A DNA stretch of 64,000 nt from a virus. Below the pieces are notes generated by a model. The model had not been told where the DNA came from and did no database searches. It saw only the letters and a list, made by a program, of their open reading frames with translations. Location: IMG/VR virus record IMGVR_UViG_3300035701_000002; one strand, 5' to 3'. Positions 35,854-44,459 of this stretch are shown in pieces. Each line of letters starts with the position of its first letter. The stretch's first letter is position 1. The position numbers and the translations under genes are program-made.

Positions 35854-35882
35854 GACCCACACCTTTTGTGATACGGCATTCG

Positions 35883-36668
35883 ATGGTCCAAAATCTGTGC
35901 AAGATACACGGGGTAACGGCCTTCCGAGTTCGTCATCGCCTGAAGCGCGGGTCACGCAGTCTCGTAAAAGAGTGCTTGCTCTGTGAAGCGGAAAGGGCGA
36001 AGGCACACTACCAAGGCCATAAAGCGGAGCGGAGCCAAGACAACCGGCGACGCTATCAGGAAAACAGAGACGCTGTTCGTGCAAGAACGAAGACCTATGC
36101 GGCTAGAATTCGCTATGAGGCCCTTCAAAGATACTCAGATGTTGAACCCCGATGCGCACACTGCGGAGAAGACAAGGTCGAGTCCCTGGGCCTGGACCAT
36201 ATAGTCAACAACGGATCGGACCACAGACGCAGAGAGGGACTCTTCAGTGGTCAGTCGACATATCTATGGGCGCGAAGGAACGACTATCCAACAATATTCC
36301 AAGTGCTATGCCATAACTGCAACATTCGAAAACAACTGGATAGAATCACCTCGATTTCGCCAAGTGCTCAGTATAGAGCGAGGTTGAAAACAGAAGTGCT
36401 GAGTCACTACGCGAGTCCGATAAAGTGTGCGCTTTGTAAAGAAAACGATCTGTCCGTCATGACAATCGACCACGTCAACGGTGGCGGGAATATTCATCGG
36501 AAGACTGCCTGGGGCAACAAAAGCAATTTTTATCTATGGTTCAAGAGAAACGAATTCCCATCGGGTTTCCGTGTCCTTTGCTTCAACCACAATCTAGGTA
36601 TCAGGTGTAGCGGTATGCCTACCCTGTCCAGTCCACCCTTGGTAGACCCTCGGCCCCTCTGGTTTTGA
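35883..36668 (+). CDS. tandem-HNH endonuclease (low-GC island inserted between the two GT4 paralogs)
   Basis: Two modules: CAHCGEDKVESLGLDHIVNNG...VLCHNCN and CALCKENDLSVMTIDHVNGGG...VLCFNHN. About 50% GC. The listed start is GTG at 35868; the first ATG is at 35883. Confidence 0.75.
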   Translation: MVQNLCKIHGVTAFRVRHRLKRGSRSLVKECLLCEAERAKAHYQGHKAERSQDNRRRYQENRDAVRARTKTYAARIRYEALQRYSDVEPRCAHCGEDKVESLGLDHIVNNGSDHRRREGLFSGQSTYLWARRNDYPTIFQVLCHNCNIRKQLDRITSISPSAQYRARLKTEVLSHYASPIKCALCKENDLSVMTIDHVNGGGNIHRKTAWGNKSNFYLWFKRNEFPSGFRVLCFNHNLGIRCSGMPTLSSPPLVDPRPLWF

Positions 36669-37764
36669 GACAGCGCTCGAGGTCCGACGCCAGGACCGAC
36701 CACTCGAACTTCTTGGCGTGAGAGACGCACCGCTCGGACACCTCGGCGCGGTAGGGCTCGTCTGTCAGAAGACGAACCATCTTCTGGAAGAACTCCTGGC
36801 GGTGATCCTTGAAGGGAGGAGGGACGCACTCCGCCGCGGACCCCCAGAGCTCCCCGAACGCGTCGTCCGTGCAGATCACCGGGGCGGTCCCGGACGCGCA
36901 GGCTTCCAGGACGACGACTCCGAAGGTCTCCGTGAAGTAGACCGCGTCCAGAGGGTAGGCGAGGACGCTCGAAGTCCTCATCTCCTCCTCCATCCGGTCG
37001 CGGCTCACGGACTTGTGAGCGTGGACGCCCATCCCGGACATGCGGCGGATCCCCTCCAGTATGTACCTGGAGCGGTTCCCGAGCTCGAGGTGGACCGGGG
37101 TTATGTACGCCGGCCCGGGGACGTACTCGACGGCCATGTGGTTGATGGAGTGGAAGTCGTAGAAGACGTGGAGCTCGGCGTTCGGGACAGCCCTCTTCAG
37201 GGCGGGGAACATCGAGAGCATCCAGTGAAAACCGCGGTCCAGGGACGAAGCCCAGATGATCTTCCCCGGGACCTTGACGCCGGGGCTGAACTTCACGATG
37301 TCGACGCCGTTGTACAGGACCCTCCACCTGTCGCGGGGGAACCCCGTCTCGTGGACGATCCGCCTCGCATGCGTGTGCGACAGTGGGGCGATCATGTCCA
37401 CGTGGCCCTCCCACCCGGGCGGGCTCGTGCTGAAGCCGTTGCACTGATGGTTCAGGAAGCGGAAAGTGCCGGGACTGGCGAGGAAGAGAGGGTCGGCCAT
37501 AGTCCACCCGCATGCCGCGTCCCATGACTGCTTGCAGTACACGCTCTCCCACTCCGAATAGGGAGAGCACTTCGCCATGCCGAACAAGCCGGGGGCCGAG
37601 AAATTGGAGAAAAGGGTCACGTCGTGGCCCATGGAGGCCATGGCCTCGGCGAACTTGAAGTAAGCTATCTCGGAGCCCGTCAGCCCTCTCTGGGACGTCC
37701 ATATGGAGGCGGGGTCGAACGGGACTCTCACCCCCTTCGGGTGCAGGAGGAAGGCGATCCTCAT
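36619..37764 (-). CDS. GT4-family glycosyltransferase (paralog B)
   Basis: EX7E motif FTETFGVVVLEACASG. Start refined to MRIAFLL, with an ATGA overlap to the upstream stop. Confidence 0.75.
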   Translation of the reverse strand: MRIAFLLHPKGVRVPFDPASIWTSQRGLTGSEIAYFKFAEAMASMGHDVTLFSNFSAPGLFGMAKCSPYSEWESVYCKQSWDAACGWTMADPLFLASPGTFRFLNHQCNGFSTSPPGWEGHVDMIAPLSHTHARRIVHETGFPRDRWRVLYNGVDIVKFSPGVKVPGKIIWASSLDRGFHWMLSMFPALKRAVPNAELHVFYDFHSINHMAVEYVPGPAYITPVHLELGNRSRYILEGIRRMSGMGVHAHKSVSRDRMEEEMRTSSVLAYPLDAVYFTETFGVVVLEACASGTAPVICTDDAFGELWGSAAECVPPPFKDHRQEFFQKMVRLLTDEPYRAEVSERCVSHAKKFEWSVLASDLERCLKTRGAEGLPRVDWTG

Positions 37765-39071
37765 CTTCCGGCAAGCCGTACGAGCTCGACGTGGTTCATC
37801 GGGGGTGAGGCGTGCCTTGCATGGCTTCCGGACGGGACCTCCTCGGAGGTGACCAGGACGTCGCACCTGATGCTGGAGGCCTTGGACGAGTCCAGGACGT
37901 CGATGAAGTCGAACACGCCCTCGGAGTACGGGGCGGTGCAGGGCTTGTAGAAGGAGACCCTATGGCCGAGGGCCGCGAGGGCCTTGGCCAGCGGCATGGT
38001 GTGGGACTCGGGAGACGAGTCGTAGAACGCGAAGCTGTACCCAGGCCATATCGTCGGCGCAGTGGCGGCGGCCTCCGTACAGACGATGCCCTGCCCAGGA
38101 ACGTCCTTGGCAACAGAGTGGGTCATGACATAGCAGTCCTTAACCCAGAACCCGGCCTTCCGGAAATTCGCGACGGTAGACCAGACGGTTGGGGCGATGA
38201 GGTGAGCTCTGGGCTTGCGAGCGAGCCAGGTGTGACCTTCATTGTACCAGACCCACGGGTGAGCCCACGAGACGAACTGACCTCTGTACCAAGCGCCGTG
38301 CGGGGCTACGAGGAGGGCCTTCCCGTCACCGCGGAGAAGCTTCCGGGCGGGAACCAGGAGGTCGGCCACAGGGTCGATGATGTGCTCGTAGGTGTGGGCG
38401 CAAGTAAACGCGTCGAACGAGCTGTTCGGAAGGGCGTCCGGGGCGTCCCGGAAGAAAGAGCATAGATGGCGGGCCCCGGTCCCATACTCGGCGGCCTTCG
38501 CGTTGGCGATGGACACGGAGTTGTGGCTCATGTCGACGCCAGTGACCTTGAAGCCGGCAAGACCCCAGCGGTTCGTCATGGTCCCATCGATGCATCCGAA
38601 GTCGACTAGGGAACACCCGGCGGGGAGCCTGTCCTGGATCCACCTCGTGCACTCAGAGAGCTGCCCGGTGAGGGGGAGAGGGAGCGGGTTGGCTATCTCG
38701 TTCGTGAGAGGGACGCCGTTCGGATCCATCGGCGTGTTCACGGAGTCCGAATGGACCCTGCTCTTCATCCATTCCATGGTGGAGCGAGTGATGGAGAGAG
38801 CCTTCTCGGTGGCGGCGGTGTGGCGGACCCTGTATGGGGCGTTCTCGAGGAAGCTGATCGCCGACAGAATCTCGTCGTTGATCATGAACTCGTGCCACAC
38901 GGAGATAACCATGGACTGGAGCTGCCCGTCGGACGTCCGGAGGGGGAGGGACTCGACGTCGAACAACGACGGGATACCCCAGGCCTGGTGGTGGGGAGTC
39001 TCGACAGCCACGGGGAAGTCGGAGTCGGACGGGATTCCGGTGAAGGCCGGAGAGGGAGGGTTCCAGTTCAT
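37761..39071 (-). CDS. class I SAM-dependent methyltransferase fused to a GT-B-like half domain
   Basis: Motif I LVDFGCIDG, post-I GVDMS, motif II FDAFTC, motif III LRGDGKALLV. The C-terminal ~90 aa (LAKALAALGHRVSFY...DVLVTSEE) resemble the N-terminal half of a GT-B fold. Confidence 0.65.
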   Translation of the reverse strand: MNWNPPSPAFTGIPSDSDFPVAVETPHHQAWGIPSLFDVESLPLRTSDGQLQSMVISVWHEFMINDEILSAISFLENAPYRVRHTAATEKALSITRSTMEWMKSRVHSDSVNTPMDPNGVPLTNEIANPLPLPLTGQLSECTRWIQDRLPAGCSLVDFGCIDGTMTNRWGLAGFKVTGVDMSHNSVSIANAKAAEYGTGARHLCSFFRDAPDALPNSSFDAFTCAHTYEHIIDPVADLLVPARKLLRGDGKALLVAPHGAWYRGQFVSWAHPWVWYNEGHTWLARKPRAHLIAPTVWSTVANFRKAGFWVKDCYVMTHSVAKDVPGQGIVCTEAAATAPTIWPGYSFAFYDSSPESHTMPLAKALAALGHRVSFYKPCTAPYSEGVFDFIDVLDSSKASSIRCDVLVTSEEVPSGSHARHASPPMNHVELVRLAGR

Positions 39072-40069
39072 TTCCTGAAGCTTTCTTTGAACCATCTAGC
39101 AGTCATGCGAATGCCGTCCACATATCCGACTTTCGGGTTCCAGTCCAGCATGGCCCTGGCCCTCGAGATGTCGGGGCACCTCTGCCTTGGATCGTCCTGC
39201 GGAAGAGGGCGGAACTCGACGGTCGCGGCCGACCTCGGAGAGTCGTACGGCCTGCCGGAGTCCAGGTCCAGGATGGCGGTCGCCACGTCCTCCGCCACGG
39301 AGAGGATCGACCTCTCGTCGGGATTTCCGACGTTGACGACCGGGATGGGGTGCGGTGAGAACGCCGCGCGGCGCTCGACGGTTATCTCGACCTCCATGAG
39401 CCTCAGGAGGGCCTCGACCGTGTCGGACACGAAGCAGAAGCTCCTGGTCTGACCGCCCGATCCGTAGACCGTCATGGGCTCACCGCGCATGGCCTGGAGC
39501 ATGAAGTTCGGGATGAGGCGTCCGTCCTCGAAGGCCATTCTCGGCCCGTACGTGTTGAAGAGGCGCGCGATGCGGACGTCGGTCCCGTACTGCTGGGCCC
39601 AGGACGTGGCGAGGCTCTCGCCGACCCTCTTTCCCTCGTCGTAGCAGGCGCGGATCCCGGTGGGGTTCACGTGGCCCCAGTATGTCTCCGGCTGCGGATG
39701 GACGGAAGGGTCGCCGTAGACTTCGGAGGTGGACGTGATGAGCAGGCGCGCACCAGTGTCCCTAGCGCACTCGAGGGCGTTCAGAGTGCCGATGGTCGCC
39801 GTCTTGATGGTCCTGACCGGGTTGCGCTGATAGTGGACCGGGCTTGCGGGGCAAGCCAGGTGGTAGATCCTGTCGCACTCGATGTGCCACGGATCGCACA
39901 CGTCGTGGCGCAGGAACTCGAACCTCGGGTTCCCGAGAAGGTGAAGGACGTTCGCCTTGCTCGACGTGAACAGGTTGTCCACGCACACGACGTCGTGGCC
40001 GAGCTCGACAAGGCTGTCGCAAAGGTGGGATCCGATGAACCCGGACCCTCCCGTAACTACGACCTTCAC
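39068..40069 (-). CDS. uxs: UDP-glucuronate decarboxylase (UDP-xylose synthase), SDR family
   Basis: VVVTGGSGFIGSHL ... NPRFEFLRHDV ... IYHLACPASPVHYQRNPVRTIKT...GTLN ... SEVYGDP..HPQPETYWG.VNP.G.R.CYDEGKR ... FNTYGPRM ... DDPRQRCPDIS. Near-diagnostic by eye for UXS. Confidence 0.85.
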   Translation of the reverse strand: MKVVVTGGSGFIGSHLCDSLVELGHDVVCVDNLFTSSKANVLHLLGNPRFEFLRHDVCDPWHIECDRIYHLACPASPVHYQRNPVRTIKTATIGTLNALECARDTGARLLITSTSEVYGDPSVHPQPETYWGHVNPTGIRACYDEGKRVGESLATSWAQQYGTDVRIARLFNTYGPRMAFEDGRLIPNFMLQAMRGEPMTVYGSGGQTRSFCFVSDTVEALLRLMEVEITVERRAAFSPHPIPVVNVGNPDERSILSVAEDVATAILDLDSGRPYDSPRSAATVEFRPLPQDDPRQRCPDISRARAMLDWNPKVGYVDGIRMTARWFKESFRK

Positions 40070-42453
40070 ATGGCCCCCTTATACGGTGGCATCACGTCGC
40101 GCTGGACGTCCTCCATCGTCTTCCTGAACATCGTGACCCACTCGTCCGCGAGAGAGTCCCATCCGAAGTTCTCGGTCGCGTACTTCTGAAGCTCAGACCG
40201 GTCGGAGTCGTCCGTGCGCTGCATGGCGGCAACGACCCCGTCGATGAACCGGTTCTGATAGTCCAGGGTCAGCCAGTCCCCGGGGACCATCGTCCCGCGC
40301 GGCCCGACGGTCTCGTTGAGGGCGGCTATCGGGGACGTGACCATCCGGAGCCCGGCGGCTTGGGCCTCCATGGCCGAGATGCAGCTCGTCTCCGTGAACC
40401 AAGTCGGGTAGGCCCAGACGCCGCTCTTCAGGTACTCGTCCGCGAGGACGTCCTGGGCAACGCGCCCGTGGAAGACGACGCCGGCGGTCTCGTAATCGTG
40501 GAGCATCTTCTTGAGGTTGTTGATGAGCCCCATCTGGGAGGCGTCAGCGCAGGCCTCCCACGTCTGGAATCCGTAGAAGATGTGGAGCTCGGCCCCCGGC
40601 ACCCTCTCCCTGACGCGGGGCCACACGCAGATGGCGACCTGCATCCCGCGGTCGGGGCTCGAGCTGTAGACGGCCCTCTTCGGGTCGCGCGGAGGGGACT
40701 TGACGAACCTTTCGAGATCTATGCCGTTCCGGGTCACGAGGACCTGGTCCGGATGAACGACCTGGTGGTGGTTCAGGAAATATCCGCGGTGCCACTGGCT
40801 GAGGGTCAAGAATTTGTCTATCCGGATGGCGCGAGCGTGGGTCAGCTCCCCGCCGCAGTGGACGTCGTGAACCCAGCAGAGCCTGGCCTTGGAGGACACG
40901 TTGTGGGAGTCGTCGACGGCGGACGGCCGACGGGAAGTGACGAGGACGTCGCAGTCCAGGTTGCCGTACTTACCGTGGTGGATGTATTCGACGCCCGAGA
41001 AGCTGCCCTCGATGCCAGGGCACTCGCCGAAGACCCGCACTCGGTGGCCCCTGCCGGCGAGCCTCTTGGACATCTCGATGACGGCGGTCTCGGACCCCCC
41101 GATCCCCTTCTTGGAGGCAGTCTCCGGATTCCAGGGCTCCACGGCGTTCCCGACATAGAAAACGATGTCCAGGACGTCCCCATGACCGTCGGGGCGCGAC
41201 CCGGACGGGGCCTGGAACCTGTTCTTCGAAACGACGGAGTCGACGTGCGCCCTGACGTCCGGAGACAGGTCCCCTGTGTCGACAAGGGCCGTGAGGGCCG
41301 ACGACAGCTTGTCCTTGGCCAGGTGCTTCTCGAACACCTTCTTGTTCACGAGGAGGTGCGGATCGTCGGGCTTCGCCCTCAGCCCTGTGTTGACGCTCTC
41401 TAGCGCCTCGGCGACGCGGCCCGTGTTGCTGAGGGCGACGTTGAGGAACTTGTGTACCTCGAGGTTCCTGTCGAACGGGTTGATGAAGAGGGATGTGTTC
41501 GTAGGGGGGAGCGAAAGGCCAAGGCGCGCGAAGTGGGCGCACCGCTCCCAGTTCCTGTACGTGTCCTTGCCCCTCTGGGCCAGAAAGTAGAAGCACTTGG
41601 CGAGGGTGAAGTAAGCCTCACCCCACTTCTCATGGATGATGGTGGCCCTGCTGGCCCACGGGATGGCGTCGTCGTAGGCCCCGCGGCCGATGTGATGGTC
41701 GGCGATCTTCAGGCAGGCGAGATACTTCTCATCGTCCCATCCGGAGCGGTCGACGTACTTGCTCAGGAACTTCACGGCATTGTCGAAGTCACCGTTGTTC
41801 CCGTACTCGAGACCGAGGTAGTACAGGTGCCGGGCGTCGGAGTCACCCTCATCCTCGTACTGCTCTTTGAGGATCCGGAGGTTCCGGCCGGGTTCGACCT
41901 TCTTGCGGGACAGGTCGCGACGGTGGACGATCTTGACCCTCTCGGTCCTCTGCCTGAGGTCTCCTGCGAGCGGGACGAGGACCTCATGGACCCTCCCGAC
42001 CCACCTGAAGCCGGCCTTCGGGGAGACGAGCCTCTCGCGGTCGTGGAGGAGGGTGACGTTCCCATGCTCGTCATGGGCATACTCGTACGGCATCATGACC
42101 ATGGAAGGTCCGCCGTTCCGGGCGCGATCGTACTCCTCCACGAGGGACGCCAAGTGCTCCGCACCGGCAACCTCGTCGTCCCCGTCGATCCACATGGTCC
42201 ATGGCTGCGTGGCGAGGCTGAAGCTCTTCTGCCGTGCGTCCGCGAACGACCTCATCAGGCCGCTAGGATGATTGCACCCCGTGTAGACCTCGAACTTGTC
42301 GGCGAAGCGGCGAGCGACGTCCTGAGAGGAGTCGGTTGATCCAGTGTCGACGACGACGATCTCGGCAACGTAGGGCCGGACGGAGCTCAGGCATTTTTCG
42401 AGCTGGGCGATCTCGTCGCGGACGATGAGGCAGACGGATATGGGCGCTGTCAC
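40066..42453 (-). CDS. multidomain glycosyltransferase: N-terminal GT2 - TPR-like repeats - C-terminal GT4
   Basis: GT2 region: SVCLIVRDE...VVDTGSTD...WIDGDD. TPR-like helical repeats lie in the middle. GT4 region: EX7E FTETSCISAMEAQAAG. ATGA overlap with uxs. Confidence 0.8.
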   Translation of the reverse strand: MTAPISVCLIVRDEIAQLEKCLSSVRPYVAEIVVVDTGSTDSSQDVARRFADKFEVYTGCNHPSGLMRSFADARQKSFSLATQPWTMWIDGDDEVAGAEHLASLVEEYDRARNGGPSMVMMPYEYAHDEHGNVTLLHDRERLVSPKAGFRWVGRVHEVLVPLAGDLRQRTERVKIVHRRDLSRKKVEPGRNLRILKEQYEDEGDSDARHLYYLGLEYGNNGDFDNAVKFLSKYVDRSGWDDEKYLACLKIADHHIGRGAYDDAIPWASRATIIHEKWGEAYFTLAKCFYFLAQRGKDTYRNWERCAHFARLGLSLPPTNTSLFINPFDRNLEVHKFLNVALSNTGRVAEALESVNTGLRAKPDDPHLLVNKKVFEKHLAKDKLSSALTALVDTGDLSPDVRAHVDSVVSKNRFQAPSGSRPDGHGDVLDIVFYVGNAVEPWNPETASKKGIGGSETAVIEMSKRLAGRGHRVRVFGECPGIEGSFSGVEYIHHGKYGNLDCDVLVTSRRPSAVDDSHNVSSKARLCWVHDVHCGGELTHARAIRIDKFLTLSQWHRGYFLNHHQVVHPDQVLVTRNGIDLERFVKSPPRDPKRAVYSSSPDRGMQVAICVWPRVRERVPGAELHIFYGFQTWEACADASQMGLINNLKKMLHDYETAGVVFHGRVAQDVLADEYLKSGVWAYPTWFTETSCISAMEAQAAGLRMVTSPIAALNETVGPRGTMVPGDWLTLDYQNRFIDGVVAAMQRTDDSDRSELQKYATENFGWDSLADEWVTMFRKTMEDVQRDVMPPYKGAM

Positions 42454-42489
42454 GAGCCCACTCTACCCGCCTGCCCGTCCGGGAAGAGA

Positions 42490-43404
42490 TCAGGCCATCA
42501 GCAGGTAGGAGGCATAAGCGTCGACGGACTGACCGCGGAAGCTCGCGTTGGCGTTCGGAGCGGCGGTGAACGCCGCCGAGATCGCCGCATGGGCGGTCTC
42601 CATCGCCGCCTTCGCGCCGGCCGCGCCGGTCCAGTACGACTGAGCGCCGAGGCCCTGACCGGTCTCCGATCCGCACCAGAGGCCGTAGTTCCTGCCCGAC
42701 TGGCTCGCATAGTCGAACCACTTCTGGAAGGTGGCGATCTGCTGGGCCGAGTTGTTGTAGTAGCATCCGACGGACACGAAGTCCGCGCAGTCCATCAGGT
42801 TCAGGCCTTCGAGCTGGGTCGGGCCTCCGCCGTAGGAGAAGCTCAGGGCGGCGGACGCGGGGTCGGCGAGCCACTGGCTGGTGAAGCAGCCGACGGGCAC
42901 GTTCAGGACCGCCCTGGCGGCCTTCATGAGGTCGCACAGGCCCTGGGGATCGGCGGCCGTATAGCCGGGGACGGTCCAGTACTCGACGTCGAGCATGAGG
43001 CCGTCGAAGGCCGCAGCGTCGGTCGTGGTGCTGGCGGCGTCCGCGAGGGCGTTGTACTGGGCGACGTGGCGGACGATGTTGTTCATCACCCACTGCTGGT
43101 TCTGGCCCCAGTCCGTGTTCCCGGCCAGGGCCATCACGCGAATCCCGGATGCGTGCGCGTAGTGGACGAACTTCGTGACCGCCTGGTAGTTGGCGGTCGA
43201 CCAGTTGCCGCCCCCGAGGCGCCCCCAGACGTCGAGGAACACGACGTTGACGCCGTTCGAGGAGCAGAAGCTGAGGAGGCTCTGGACCTTCGCGTCGGTC
43301 GCGAGCGGATCTCCGGCCGATCCGGCGGCTCCGCACCACACGAACATGGAGCGGTCGAGGTTGCTGTTCGGGGGGACAGGGATTGCTACGGCTGAAACGG
43401 TCAT
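42490..43404 (-). CDS. TIM-barrel glycoside hydrolase-like protein (GH18/GH114-like motif DGLMLDVEYW)
   Basis: 304-aa ORF with alternating beta-alpha pattern and a D-x-x-x-x-D-x-E motif. It is the first gene of the sugar operon. Confidence 0.45.
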   Translation of the reverse strand: MTVSAVAIPVPPNSNLDRSMFVWCGAAGSAGDPLATDAKVQSLLSFCSSNGVNVVFLDVWGRLGGGNWSTANYQAVTKFVHYAHASGIRVMALAGNTDWGQNQQWVMNNIVRHVAQYNALADAASTTTDAAAFDGLMLDVEYWTVPGYTAADPQGLCDLMKAARAVLNVPVGCFTSQWLADPASAALSFSYGGGPTQLEGLNLMDCADFVSVGCYYNNSAQQIATFQKWFDYASQSGRNYGLWCGSETGQGLGAQSYWTGAAGAKAAMETAHAAISAAFTAAPNANASFRGQSVDAYASYLLMA

Positions 43405-43453
43405 TTGATGGGATCTCCTCTACAAGTTTCATGGAAGCGGCCCATGAAAGTTC

Positions 43454-44422
43454 TCAGAACTGGACGTATTCGAACCCGCCGACGGCGGTGGACGCGGTCG
43501 CCGCCACGGGGCGCTCGACGATCCAGATCAGATCCGGGCCCGGGACCTGGAGCCAGACCTGGAACGAGTGGTCGAGCTGGCCGGCCGCGACGTGGACGAC
43601 GGTCTGCCCGATCTGGAGCTGCGGGAGGTTCGCATTCGACGGATCGCCCGACCGGTTCAGGTTCGCCTGACCGGAGACGACGGTGGCCCCGGCGGAGAAG
43701 GAAATGATGCAGCAGGTGAGGCCCGACGGCACATAGTGGTGAGCCCAGAACGTCTGGTTGTCGCTCGCGGCGATGGAGCCCCAGACGGACCCGCCGGCGG
43801 CGGTCGCGGTCCAGACCTGGATCGTCCCGACGTTCCCGCCGACCGATCCGACGGACGCGACCACGATGCTCTCTATGTATGCGATGTCCGTGGCCACGGT
43901 GTTGACGGCCGCCGTGCCGTTCATGGTGACTGTCTCGGACTTGAGGACGAAGGCGGCGGTCAGGTAGTTGATCGTGACGGTCCGGGCCCCCGTGCCGGCG
44001 GACGTATCGTTCGCGCTCGTCGAGTTGACACTGCGCTGGGCGTTCGCGCCCTGAGGCGCGTAAGCCGTCGCTCGTATAGCCTTTCCTGACGTGGCGGACG
44101 TGCCGACGTAGCCCTGGACTCTCCCGTAGGAGCTCACGGACGTGCTCGGGACTCCGACGGAGAACTGCTGGAACGCGTCTGCGCCGCCGAGCGGTACGCC
44201 CTGATGGGCGGCGACCACGGCGTTCAGAGTGGTCTGGTCGCCGCCGGATAGGACGTCCTTGAACAGGATGGCGCAGTTGTTCGAGGCGGTGCTGGTGCTG
44301 ATGGAGTCGAGGGCCGTGACGATCGACGACGCACGGATCTCCACCGTGAGCCGGTCCGTCGCCACCTTCCCGTTCGGAAAGGCGGTGGATATTGTGTAGT
44401 TATAGGTCGTGGGGGTCGGCAT
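43454..44422 (-). CDS. fibre-associated structural protein (Thr/Ser/Ala-rich beta protein)
   Basis: 322-aa ORF directly downstream of the collagen-like fibre genes. Confidence 0.5.
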   Translation of the reverse strand: MPTPTTYNYTISTAFPNGKVATDRLTVEIRASSIVTALDSISTSTASNNCAILFKDVLSGGDQTTLNAVVAAHQGVPLGGADAFQQFSVGVPSTSVSSYGRVQGYVGTSATSGKAIRATAYAPQGANAQRSVNSTSANDTSAGTGARTVTINYLTAAFVLKSETVTMNGTAAVNTVATDIAYIESIVVASVGSVGGNVGTIQVWTATAAGGSVWGSIAASDNQTFWAHHYVPSGLTCCIISFSAGATVVSGQANLNRSGDPSNANLPQLQIGQTVVHVAAGQLDHSFQVWLQVPGPDLIWIVERPVAATASTAVGGFEYVQF

Positions 44423-44459
44423 TAGAGGGCCTCGTCGGTCATGTCGGAAAAGCGCTCCA

